Of a DNA stretch of 64,000 nucleotides, positions 13,843 to 26,000 are shown in pieces (the first letter of the stretch is position 1; every line of letters starts with the position of its first letter). The stretch spans positions 5,531,052-5,595,051 of the forward strand of contig JAHRHZ010000041.1 in NCBI GenBank assembly GCA_024137785.1. Direction: 5' to 3'. Under the pieces are notes generated by a model. It did no database searches. It saw only the letters and a program-made list of their open reading frames with translations, and had not been told where the DNA came from. The translations under genes were made by a program, and so were the position numbers. The DNA comes from Ginglymostoma cirratum. Lineage: Eukaryota.

Positions 13843-14546
13843 GATAACAAGGTGTAGAGCTGGATGAACACAACAGGCCAGGCAGCATCAGAGGAGCAGG
13901 AAAGCTGACCTTTCGGGTCTGGACTCTTCTTCAGAAATGGGGGAGGGGAAGAGGGCTCTCAAATAAATGGGGGGGGGGGCGGCGGTGATAGAAGGTGGAT
14001 AGTGGAGCGGATAGGATGGGAGAGAAGGCAGACAGGACAAGGAGGTGGGGATGAAGCTAGTAAAGGTGAGTGTAGGTAGGAAGTGGGTGTGGGGGTTGGT
14101 CAGTGAGGTGGGAGGAGCCGAAAGGTGGGAGAGAAGACAGACAGGTCAAGAACGTGGGGGTTAGGGGGGTTCTGGTCTTGGGATGAGGTTGGGGGTGGAG
14201 AGATTTTGAAGCTAGATGCCACCCGGAAACTGGAGGAACAACACCTCATATTCTGCCTTGGAACCTACAACCCAATGGTCTCAATGTAGACTTTAAAACC
14301 CTCTCATCCCCACCTCCTTGACCTGTCCGTCTTCTCTCCCACCTATCTGCTCCACTATCCACCTCCTATCACTGCCCCCCCTCCCTATTTATTTCAGAGC
14401 CCCCTTCCCCTGCCCCATTTCTGAAGAAGGGTCCAAACCCAAAATGTTAGCTTTCCTGCTCCTCTGATGCTGCCTGGCCTGCTGTGTTCATCCAGCTCCA
14501 CACCTTGCTATCTCCGACTCCAGCCATCGGCAGTTCCTACTATCTC
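13843..14546 (+). mobile_element. Penelope-like element (PLE): GIY-YIG C-terminal remnant flanked by inverted pseudo-LTRs
   Basis: 14218-14295 encodes ATRKLEEQHLIFCLGT/LQPNGLNVDF (frameshifted PLE endonuclease end). 13843-14210 is an inverted copy of the 3' UTR. Imperfect flanking duplication CT(G/A)CTCCTGT(G/T)TTT. Confidence 0.85.
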
Positions 14547-15390
14547 TACTCCTGTTTTTGATTTGTACATTTGTAGAACCAGTTCTGAGGACATTAATCT
14601 GTCCTTTCTACTCCCTCTGCCTCTCTCTCTCTCTCTCTCTCCTTCAGTATATATGTGGACCTGGTCTGTGTTTCTAGCGTCTTCATGTTTTAAGTTCAGG
14701 TCCCCATTGACAGCATATGTTCTTTTTAAAACCTCCCATCCACCGAGGTGCAGATTCAATCCATCAACACAACACTCCTCCACTGTGGAGCGAACATTAG
14801 TGGAAGCAAAACAAGCAATGAGAGCTGGGAATTCCTTTGAAGACCAGCTAGCTGCAGTACTGTGTGTACACTGTGGTGAGGAAGATCTGCGAAGATGTGT
14901 GACACGGAGGACACATATCTGATGAGGAGGACATTTTGACACACCCAGTAACCAGCGTGGAGAGAGCAAGCATTCTGTTTCAATCTGAAAGCTGGCTCTA
15001 TGTGTGGCTGTCTTTTTAAACAATGTACAATCTGATACATATCAGTAACAACAGAATCTGCCCTGACAAATTTAATGTAGAACAGGCTGTGCAAAAATAC
15101 ATTATTAATGTGTAAACAGATAATGGGAAGCTGGTAAGGAATTCCAACCTAGGGTCCTTAATTCACACATTCAATATTGGATCATACCTTTTCTTTTATT
15201 CTATATTTTCGCTATTAAACGAACGACAAATATGTTAACCTTGTCGTTTTGGCAGGTTCTTGCTGGTTCAGTCTCAACCCTGTCTCTCTTTCTCTCACTC
15301 TCTCTCTCTTCCCCCTCCATCTCTGTCTCCTTCCCCCTCTCTCTCCCTAAACGAAAAATCCAGGGCTGAATAAATACAATGACAACTTAC

Positions 15391-15469
15391 CCGAGCCACT
15401 AGACAGCAGCATGAGCCCGAGGAAGCAGGAATGTAGGGGAGAAAGAGCCGGGCTAACGTGAAGTTTCAT
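15391..15469 (-). CDS. First coding exon (signal peptide, phase-1 intron) of a gene continuing leftward; probably sodium channel beta-2 subunit (SCN2B) by synteny
   Basis: ATG AAA CTT...= MKLHVSPALSPLHSCFLGLMLLSSGS, then G|GTAAGT, in a GC/CpG-rich region. In human, SCN2B is the next same-strand gene downstream of JAML and starts with a signal-peptide exon. No downstream exon was recognised in 1-15390. Confidence 0.6.
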
Positions 15470-15800
15470 TGCGAATTAGACAGGGATGGAGGGCCACACG
15501 AAGGAGCAGGGGAGGAATTTGCTCCGGCTGGGTAGCTGAAGCTATTGGTCTGGCTGACAGGACCGAGCGAGCTGTGTTCTGGGCTGGAGCTGGAAGGAGC
15601 TCACATTGTGTGGCTTGGGGAGCAGCCGAAAGGGGTCCGGGACCCGTTCGAATCCGTGACAAATGAACGCACCGCAACTGGAGTGGGTTGAGATGTGAAC
15701 CAGCTCCAAATCAGCAGGGTCTGCAAACCTGGGGCCGCTTTCCTGGAGAGGGAGGGTGGGGAAGCCTGGTTGCTGGGCGCCACAATGTGCTATTCCTCCA
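15470..15800 (-). promoter_or_regulatory. GC/CpG-rich 5' UTR and promoter of the SCN2B-like gene
   Basis: CpG-enriched, repeat-free stretch directly upstream of the signal-peptide exon. Confidence 0.55.
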
Positions 15801-17599
15801 CAATTTTATCCCCGTATTTGGGCTTTGAATAAACAGGACATTAACCATTTCAGGTACATTATAAATGCTGCGCCTAAAGGAAAGGAGGAATAAAGGAATG
15901 GAAGGATTGATTTGTCATGAAGAGGGATGACAGGAGGCTGGAGTGAAGTTTAAATACTGGCACAGAATTGTTGGGCCGAATGGCAATAATGCAAATACTC
16001 TGTAAAATGCTTTCTGAAATTAAAATTATTCAAACTTGACTTGCCTATTTACTTCCTTTCCATTCAGAATGTTTTTTTAATTGATGTTTATCATTTTAAT
16101 CTAAATCTTAGATTTTAGCTTCTTTTACACATTCTAAGATTGATCTCAGTTGCTGTTTGCATCCGTTCCTCTCTCCACCTTTGCCCCGCCCATTCATCAC
16201 CCCCTTTCTCTCTTTCCCCCCTTTCCCTCCATACCCTCTCTCATCACTTCCCTACTCCCTTTCTCCCCTCTCCTCCTACTCCCCTTTTGCCATTTCCACA
16301 TTCATTCTGTCAAAGTCCTCACAATTTAAGAAGAAAACCCAACTGCATCTCCTCTTAACATTCTTTGTCATTGTGGAAAAGATCTTACATGTCAATAGAC
16401 ATTGAATATCTCAATATTGTGAGATAATTCTTCATAACTAAAATTTCTTGGCACTGGATTTATCCTGGGAACTTACACTACATGTATCCAATATCTAATC
16501 TGCTTCAGGGTGATCAAAGCTTTAGTACTCTGCACCCTTTTACAAATTTATCACTACCTCCTTTACTGTTTCAGCATGTATCCTGTTTATAAAAAAACAT
16601 AATGTGTTGGCCTTGAAAACATTTGCCTACTGTACTGACACTTTCAGTCCTCTTGCATCCCTCTACATACACATCACTATCTTTCCATTGGCTGCCTTCT
16701 CCCTGTTACTCCTCAGAATATTTTACCTTGCGCATGAAACTGCATTTGCCTCTTGCTTGCCCAACTTACAAACGTATTTTATTGTCCTTCTTGAAACTCT
16801 TCACTTTTTCTATAACTCACTTGCATTGACTCTAAACCAAATTGCAAATTATCTACACAGCAAGAGGACAAGTGGATCATGGCGTGCACCATTTTCACCC
16901 TTTTCTAGTCCATTAATTTCCTTTTCGCCCACTTTCTATCCATTCTGTTACATCTTCTCCTGTAACAGAGTCTGGAATTTTTGCGACAAGACTCCTGAGA
17001 GAGAGAGTATTAAAAGACATCTGAAAAATATCAGCCTGGAATGCCTTTACCTAGCCAATCAGTCACTACTTCATAAAAATCTATAAAATTTGGCAAACAT
17101 GGCTTGCTTTTAATAAATCCACTTTCAGTTTACCCATCCGTTTCTAGATGCTCATTACTTTGTTCTCAAAAATTACTTTCATAGAATCGAATTTGGACTG
17201 ACATTAGGTCAAATAGTCTGCAGTTATCTGGTTCACCTGTGTGTGAACAAGAATGTTCCCTTCATTACCCTCCATTCTCACCTCACAATTCACAATGTTT
17301 TACAACTATGGCCCTTCTTTAGTTTCTTTCAACTATCTAAGGTGTATATATACAGTGATTTATCAACTGTGAGTGGGCTAATTGCTTTCAGAGTGCCTTC
17401 CTAATGTTCAGTTCTTTTAAAATTCACTCATAGGAGGCTCCCAACACCTGGAAGCCTGCCAATATGTAGAATCCATTAAGAGAGTTGCTGCTCGGTCCGG
17501 GATACTCCTGAAAGGACTGGTCTTGATAATTAGAGTTATGTATGCTCCTCTCTCCCAGGCTTTGGAGCAGGGAAGATGGTAAATATTAGTGGATGTGGT

Positions 17600-18020
17600 A
17601 CCAAACATCTCAGCCTCTGAGCCAAGGAGTTATGGGGCTCAGGCTGGGGGCCCATGGACTTCAACACAAAATATAGTCTAACATTCCTAGTGCAGTGCCA
17701 AGGGAGCACCGCAATGTTGGAAGTGCCATCTTTAGATTGAGACCTAAGATAAAGGCTGTGTCTATCCTCTCCAGTGAGCGTAGAAGATCATGTGGCATTA
17801 AATTGTAGAAAATCACAGCAGTTCCTCCAATGCCCTAAGATCAAGCAACATCGTAAAAACAGATTATCTGGGTCATTATCACATTGCTCTTTATGGGATC
17901 TTGCTGTGCACAGATTAGCTGCATTACCAAAGTGACTACTCTTCAGAAGAACCTCATTGCCTGTAAAGCATTCTGGGATGCTTTGAGACTGAGGAGAGAT
18001 GTTGTACAAATGCAAATGTT
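17600..18020 (+). mobile_element. DeuSINE (SacSINE1/AmnSINE-like)
   Basis: Deu-domain-like AACAGATTATCTGG.TCATTATCACATTGCT...GGGATCTTGCTGTGC; tail ...AAATGCAA. Confidence 0.75.
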
Positions 18021-18259
18021 TTCTGTGCAACTCCATTATTCCAAGAAAAGGCCCTCCACTCAAAAGTTTAACTTGGTTTCCCTTCCCATTCAGAATGCCA
18101 AAGCTGCTGAGCATTTCCAGAGTTTTCTGTTTCTGTGACCCAATGTAATTACTTCCTCTCTGAGGTTCTGAACACGTAAGGCTTCAAAACTGTACAGTGG
18201 AACTGTGTTTAATGGGCACACTCTTTGTGAGTAAACTGCTTTGTTGATAAAGAGAATAT

Positions 18260-18475
18260 TTTTCTTACAGAGGGAGTCAGTCTGTGGAATTCTTTACTGC
18301 AGAAGGATGTCAAGGCTGAGTTGTTAAGTACATTCAAGGCTGAGAGATATTTTTAAGCAGTAAAGGAAATCAATGTTTTGAGGGGAAAGTCTGAGAAGTA
18401 GAGTTGAGGATTATTAGATCAGCCATGATCTTAACGAATGTCACACTTCTGCTTTTACATCTTATGGTTGTATGG
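18260..18475 (+). mobile_element. CR1 3' end
   Basis: TGTGGAATTCTTTA...TTCAAGGCTGAG...GAGTTGAGGATTAT.AGATCAGCCATGATCT. Confidence 0.75.
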
Positions 18476-19899
18476 TAATTTGTATTCATTACAGACTTAC
18501 ATCAGGAATTGCAGTCAGATCATTCGAAGTTGTAACTACTCATACAGTTCAGTAGATGGAGAGAGTATTAGCTTCTGGGAGAAGTTTGCAGTACAATGAT
18601 GTCTTTCACAACCTCCTACATCTTGTGGTCTTATGATTTGTTTACAGGATCTCAACAGCACAGAGTTCAGATGTCACTGCGGAGCTCTTGTGGTGTAGCA
18701 CCCTGCCCTGGAACCAACATCTCTGGGTTCAAGTCTCACTTCAGGACCTGATGTTCAAGGAAGACACATTCACAGCATGGTCAAAGGGTTGAGCATCAAC
18801 ATGCCAATCCTTCCACCACATACCAGTGGTAAGAGTGAGAGAAATTCCAGGAAAGTAAGTTGGAGCCTCTACCATCACTATTATAGCCTGAAGCTCCACC
18901 ATGCATGGAGCCGTGCACATTCTCAGTAACTTCCCAGACACCTGGGATGAGCATCCAGATGGCTGTTGTGGATCCGGTCAATACCAAGAGCAGGAGCCTT
19001 AACCCCCATTCTGGCTCTAGTAGATTTAGGGGTTGGTTCCTTGCCCTACCCTGGTGGAGATCATGACACTGTTGGAGTGGGGGAATTGGGCAGAGAAGAA
19101 GAAGAAGGAAGTGTCTCTGAGATACATTTGTGTTATGAGAAATAAGATGACTCATTTTGCTCTTTGTCCCCCAAATTTTAAACAAAATCTGAACAAGTTG
19201 GACACAGGGATTTTCACTGAAATTTCCTTAATATCATAATCCAGATAGAGCATTTATTAATACAACTTTTATTGACAGGTATTGACATATAACACTTTTA
19301 CAGTTGGATCCAGAAGTTGTGTTGTGCTTTTCATTGCGCTCAGATGGAATTATTTTGTTGAGAACAACTGGAAGTTCAGGAACCAGTCTTGCAGAAGGAA
19401 TTTGAGTCACTCCATGTTGTTTTTCTCTATTCTTTCATGTGTTGTCAGTCTCACTGGCAAGGCCAGCATTTGTTGCTCATCCCTAATTGACCTTGAACTG
19501 AGTGGCATGCTCAGCCCCATTTTAGAGGGTCGTTAAGAGTCAACCACATTGCTGTAGGTCTAGAATCACAAGTAGACCAGACAAGGTGAGGATGGCAGAT
19601 TTCCTTCCCTAAAGAACATCAGTGAACTGGATGGGGTTTTACAACAATTGATGATAATTTCCTAGTCACAATTACTGAGACTGGCTTTATATACCAGAGT
19701 TTATTAACCAAATGTAAATTCTAACAGATGCTGTGGTGGGATTTCATCCACCAATCCCCAAAAATTTTATCCTGGGCCTCAGAATTAATAGCCCAGTGAC
19801 ATTACCCATTATCCACCATCTTCATCAAATCAGAACAATCTGACTTAGTCTGGAAGAATTGTGTTTGTCTTTGCTGTTAACAAGATAATGAACACAGCC

Positions 19900-20028
19900 T
19901 CAAAACTTCCAATGATCGTCCTGAAAATCCGAAGGCAAAACCGCATGGGAATGTTCTCCAGGTATGGGAGCATTGGCTACAATAGGTTTAGGAAGATCAT
20001 TGGGTGTCTTTGATTGTAAGATTGAACG
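19900..20028 (-). CDS. JAML: JAML-like terminal coding exon
   Basis: Polypyrimidine tract TTCTGTCTCCAG|CGT TCA ATC... phase 0; RSILQSKTPND...HWKF*. Supported by splice signal and phase, not by recognised homology. Confidence 0.6.
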   Translation of the reverse strand, partial: RSILQSKTPNDLPKPIVANAPIPGEHSHAVLPSDFQDDHWKF

Positions 20029-23000
20029 CTGGAGACAGAACAGAGACAAGAAAATGTTAGGTACAAAATATGCAGCAATCATTTACAAATAGCAGGTTAA
20101 TTTTCTGAGCATTCCCAAATGGTTCACCCAGGAACTGTCTCCACAAACCCATAAGACCATAAGACACGGGAGCAAAAATTAGGCCATTCGGCCCATCAAG
20201 TCTGCTCCACCATTCAGTCATGGCTGATAAGTATCTCAGCCCATTTTTCTCCCACCTCCTCCCCATAACCTTAGATAGGTTCCTGATTGTTAGGGGTATC
20301 AACCTCTGTCTTAAATGTACTCAATGACCTGACCTCCACAGTCTTCTGTGGCAGTAAATTCCATAGGTTCATCATTCTCTGGCTGAAGAAGTTTCTCCTT
20401 AAAGCCATTCTAAAAGGTCTTCCTCTTAATTCTAAGGCTGTGCCCTTGGGTCACAAACTCCAAAAATATACAACAAATGAATTTTGAATTGCTAGAGATG
20501 CCAATGGTTTTAGATTGGGAATCCCAGATCTGAGGCAGTGTACTATTATGTGAGAGGATACAGAGATGAGCAACAATAATAGATCCTTTTGTTTGGAATC
20601 TATGCTTTATCAATGATGGTGAATTTTGAGGTAAGAAAGGAAAAAAAAAACTCCCATATAATGTTTGAGATTGTGCGTAAGACCAACAATACTGAACTGG
20701 ACAAATTGTTCACTCTGTCGCATGACTCAAATCTGAACATACTCAAGTGAGAAGTGAGGGACTGATGAATAAGCAGAAAAATCTTTTAGATGTGAATTAA
20801 ATTGAAGCACATGTTGCCAGACTAGCCAAATGGATCAGAAAGCAATCAACCATTCGACTTCAGTTGTACTTCTCAAGAAAGAAAGGTGTTGGGGAATTTG
20901 GTGAGGTGATGGTAACATGGAGGGAGTGATTTGGTGAGTAGATGTGATTGAGAGGAATGGTGGGAATATAAATAAAAATGAGAGATATGGTAGGAAAATG
21001 AATAAGTGGGATTGAGAGATACAGTGGAAAGGTGAGTGGGTGGGATCAAGGGATACAGTAGGAAGGTCAGTGGGTGGGATTGAGGGATACAGTGGGAAGG
21101 TCAGTGAGTGCGATTGAGAGACACAGTGGGAAGGTCAGTGAGTGAGATTGAGGGATACAGTGGGAAGGTTGAGTGGGTGGGATTGAGGGATACTGTAGGA
21201 AGGTGAGTGTATGGGATTGAGGGATACAGTGGAAAATTGAGTGGGTGGAATGGAGAGACACGTTGGGTAGGTTGAATGGATGGGATTGAGGGATACAGCG
21301 GGAAGGTAAGTGGGTGGGATTGAGAGATACAGCGGGAAGGTAAGTGGGTGGGATTGAGAGATACAGTGGGAAGGTAAGTGGGTGGGATTGAGGGATACAG
21401 TGGGGTGGTGAGTGGGTGGGATTGAGATCACTGAGAGAGTGATGAGTCTGTTGGCCACGTTCTGTTACTGGAGCATCTTTACACAATTTGTGTACCCAAT
21501 GGTTGATGGTACTCAAAAATAAATACGACTTGGATAAGCACACGAGATGCCATAAAATACTTGAAGCTATCGACCATTACACCAAGGGTTGGATTAGACT
21601 GAATAGTTTCTCATTGACTGATGCAGAAAAAGATGGTCCAAATGACTTCCTCCTAAGCTGTTAAACCTATTGAGTTTCTCTGAATCACCACTGATTGTGG
21701 ATATCAGTTAGTCACGCAGGCAATGTCATGTCCTGAATTCATTCTCCCAACAATATTACCATTGTTACATAAGTTTCCTCTTCACCGTTCTTTGAGTCCT
21801 TATTTTTCATTTCCTCCTTGGCTTTATTTTGTCTCTCGGTCTGGACTGGGTTTCGGTTGGTCACAGTGACGTAGCGTGCTATTTCCTGATGGTTAGTGAA
21901 CATATTTGTTTAATCAGCTGGAACTGCATCTTCACGTCACCTTCACTTTCTAATTTAAGTCCATCCCCCACTCCTGCAAAACCCTCTTGTGTCTCTGCAA
22001 TGCTGCACGGGTCAAGGTAGTGTGTGGGTGATAACTGCCTGGGCCATGTCCCACAATTGATCTGCTGATTCCAGCTGTGGCAGAATTAGAAAATTGACTC
22101 TCTCACTGTTGGAGAAACATTCTCTCCCATTCCTGCTCCAATATGACCGCATTGAATAGCAGAGCAGGCTCAAAGGGCTGAATGGCCTACTCCTGCTCCT
22201 ATTTTCTATGTTTGTTCACAGGGTTAGCCCTGGGACAGAAGTTGAATGAAGCCTGGAGATATAAAAGTGATGTTTAGCATGTCCCACAATATGCCTATCA
22301 TAATAGGCGTATCATGTTGGGTCGTGTTACTGCGCTGTTAATCTGGATTAGTGCACTAGAGAACTGAGTTTAAAACCCATCATAGCAAATAATTCAAGTA
22401 ACTTAATATATTTGGAATAAATAGATATTTGGCAGTAATAATGACCGTGAAGCTACCAGATTGTGGCAAAGAGCTATCTGGTTCACTTAACCCTCGAAAG
22501 TGGATATTGCCATCGTGACTCAATCTGGCCTCCATGTGACTCCAGACTCACAGTAATGTGGTTGACTCTCAGCTGCCCTCTGAAACAGCCATTCTGTTGA
22601 TCAAACTGCTACAGAGAAGAAGCAATGTGGGTGAAACTACACCATATAGTTCAGGAAGGCAGCTGGCCACCATCTTGATGGACAATAAGCATTGACATCG
22701 CCAATCATGAATGGATTAAAAGTGAAAGCTCTCTCCATCCCTGTCCACTAAAAGCCAAGCCATTTCCTGGGAGAAGCAAGAAGCCAGATTTAAAAACCCA
22801 AGCTGCACTGGGGAGGAATATTTGGGAGACTCTGTTTCCACCCTCCTACACCATGAATTCCTTGAAATACATGTACTTTGTAAGAGGTTATGTCAGCCTG
22901 AGCCACACAGATTCGGTTCCTACTTGAAAGGATTCAGAAAATGGGTGCCAACCCATGAGCCACCGTCTTGATCTAGAGGCTCACTGTACCCTGGTAAAAG

Positions 23001-26000
23001 GACCAGCCCCTAACGTCTAACTTCAGCCCAGCCTCACACAACAAAAAAATTGTGAGTCCTGGTTCTCCCTAATCCACGTAATTGGATCGAACTGTCAACT
23101 CGGACGCAATCCATTCCCCCCGCCCCATTACCGTATACAACCTCAGTCAGATCATTAGGTAAGGGAATCAAAGGAAAAGGCAGGAAAGTGGAGTTGAGGA
23201 TTATCAGATCAGCCATGATCTCGTCGAATGGCTGAGTAGACTCAATGGGCTGAATGGCCTATTTCAGCTCTTGCAACTTCTGATCAATCATCCTTGTATC
23301 TATGCTGGGAAAGTAAGACTTCAGTAAATGCTGCACTCACTGTGAAGAATCCCTGGATGAACTAAGGTGGCTCAGTGGTTAGCCATGCTGCTTCACAGTG
23401 CCAGGGACCTGGGTTTGATTCCACCCTCAGGTGAGAGTATATGTGGAGTTTGCACATTCTCCCTGTGTCTGTGTGGGTTTCCTCTAGGTGTTCTGGTTCC
23501 TTCCCACAGTCCGAAGATGTGCATGTTAGGTGAATTGCCATAGAAAATGCAGGGTTTAGGGGGTTAGGTAGGAGAGTAGGTCTGGGTGGGATACTCTTCA
23601 GGGGGTTGGTGTACATTCAATGGGATGAATGGCCTGCTTCCACACTGGAGGGATTCTATGATCACTGAATCTGTGTTGACTGTAGTTAACATGTTTCAGT
23701 GACTGAGAAAATAAGTGGATATTCAATATTAAAAGTTTACCTAAAATCTGTACATTAAAGTGCCCCTTACCTCTGAATCTTCAAGCCCTCCTGGATATCT
23801 TCTGCTTGTTGATGCAGAGAATAGGGGAGAAAGTTAAAGATTATTCATTGTGTGGAAAGGAAGGTGACAGCTCAACTCATTTAAATTCTTGCTCCTTGAT
23901 ATACGTACCTTTGACTTCTTATTGACCATTTCTTCCATGTGCTTCCAAGGATAAGTGTGACAAAGAAAATGATAACACCTGCTGCTGTCGTATATATGAT
24001 TATATTCTTTGGAACTGCTTCCACTAACATGGATGGTCTTAAGCTCCGTGTACGTTTGGTGTCTGAAGGAAATAGAAATGTTCAGATAAATTTAAATGTA
24101 AAATCTCTGCCTCGTTGCCCAAAGAGGCATTGATATCACGAAGTTAACAAGTCAGTTGTGTTTCAGGAGAATCTCCCCAAAAACTGTCAATTGATTCAAG
24201 CCCTGATCTTGGATTTAAATGAGGAAGCTAGACAAACACATCAGTGTAGTCCAGTCAGAGGCGTGGATGAGATGCTAAACCTCACTGTTTTATTGAATCT
24301 GCCAATGTCTTACTGAAAGCAACTCAACATTTCCATGACCAAGATCGAATCATCAACCAACACGGGATTAATCGGTTGTGATAAATTGGTCATTCTTTGT
24401 GGTATTTTGTGGGCTAAATGTTGGCCATTTTTATCCACATTACATCAGTGACTCTGCTGAAAATTATCCATCACTTGGTGAGCATTTTGGGATGTATAAA
24501 CATAGAACATAGAACATTACAGCGCAGTACAGGCCCTTCGGCCCTCGATGTTGCGCCGACCTGTGAAACCAATCTGAAGCCCATCTAACCTACACTATTC
24601 CATTATCATCCATATGTTTATCCAACGCCCATTTAAATGCCCTTAAAGTTAGCGAGTCTACAACTGTTGCAGGCAGGGCATTCCATGCCCTTACTACTCT
24701 CTGAGTAAAGAATCTACCTCTGACAACTGTCCTATATCTATCACCCCTCAATTTAAAGCTATGTCCCCTTGTGCTAGCCGTCACCATCTGAGGAAAAAGG
24801 CTTTCACTGTCCACCCTATCTAATCCTCTGATCATCGTGTATGTCTCTATTAAGTCACCTCTTAGCCTTCTTCTCTCTAATGAAAACAGCCTCAAGTCCC
24901 TCAGCCTTTCCTCATAAGACCTTCTCTCCATACCAGGCAACATCCTGGTAAATCTCCTCTGCACCCTTTCCAATGCTTCCACATCCTTCCTATAATGCGG
25001 CCACCAGAACTGTACGCAATACTCCAAGTGCGGCCGCACCAGAGTTTTGTACAGCTGCAACATGACCTCACGGCTCCGAAACTCAATCCCTCTACCGATA
25101 AAAGCTAACACACCGTACGCCTTCTTAACAACCCTATCAACCTGGGTGGCAACTTTCAGGGATCTATGCACATGGACACAGAGATCTCTCTGCTCGTCCA
25201 CACTACCAAGAATCTTACCATTAGCCCAGTACTCTGTATTCCTGTTACTCCTTCCAAAGTGAATCACCTCACACTTTTCCGCATTAAACTCCATATGCCA
25301 CCTCTCAGCCCAGCTCTGCAGCTTATCTATGTCCCTCTGTAACCTGCAACATTCTTCCGCACTATCCACAACTCCACCGACCTTAGTGTCATCCACAAAT
25401 TTACTAACCCATCCTTCTATGTCCTCATCCAGGTCATTTATAAAAATGACAAACAGCAGCGGCCCCAAAACAGATCCTTGCAGTACACTAGTAACTGAAC
25501 TCCAGGATGAACATTTCCCATCAACCACCACCCTCTGTCTTCTTACAGCTTGGCAATTCCTGACCCAAAGGACAAACAACAGTAGCACAAGTGCAGGTTC
25601 TTTCTTTTTTTCATTTAATTTTCTGAATATTTAGCAGTCCCGCCAATACAGATTTAGTGATTGCTCCCTCTTTATGGAAAGTTCCATCCATTAGCTGTGT
25701 GTGTCAGAATATGGGGAACGCTCTGCTTCATTTTGCATCCATTAACTTAATTCATGAGGCTATTGTGAACAGGAGGCCACATAGACAGGTTTTACATAAT
25801 TGCCCACCCACATTGTACTATCTCACAACATCGAGATAAACTTTACATAAAACACATATGACGTAAACCCTTTCAATTAATTCCCAGAGGATTGAATTTC
25901 AAATGATCAAACTCATTCCCATTCACAATCAATACACACAATTCCAACTGACAAAATCCCTTCACATTCAATTCCAAGTGTCCACATCTTATCCACTCTC

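Noticed and set aside
14467-15094. Overlapping 112-171 aa ORFs next to the SCN2B-like exon
   Set aside because: No recognisable domain or Ig motif; they run into PLE and (CT)n sequence and lack convincing splice signals.
21067-21543. 158-aa Pro/His-rich ORF
   Set aside because: Minisatellite translation.
21886-21975. Alternative upstream acceptor TTTTGCAG for the YVTM exon
   Set aside because: Phase-0 reading hits TAG after seven codons.
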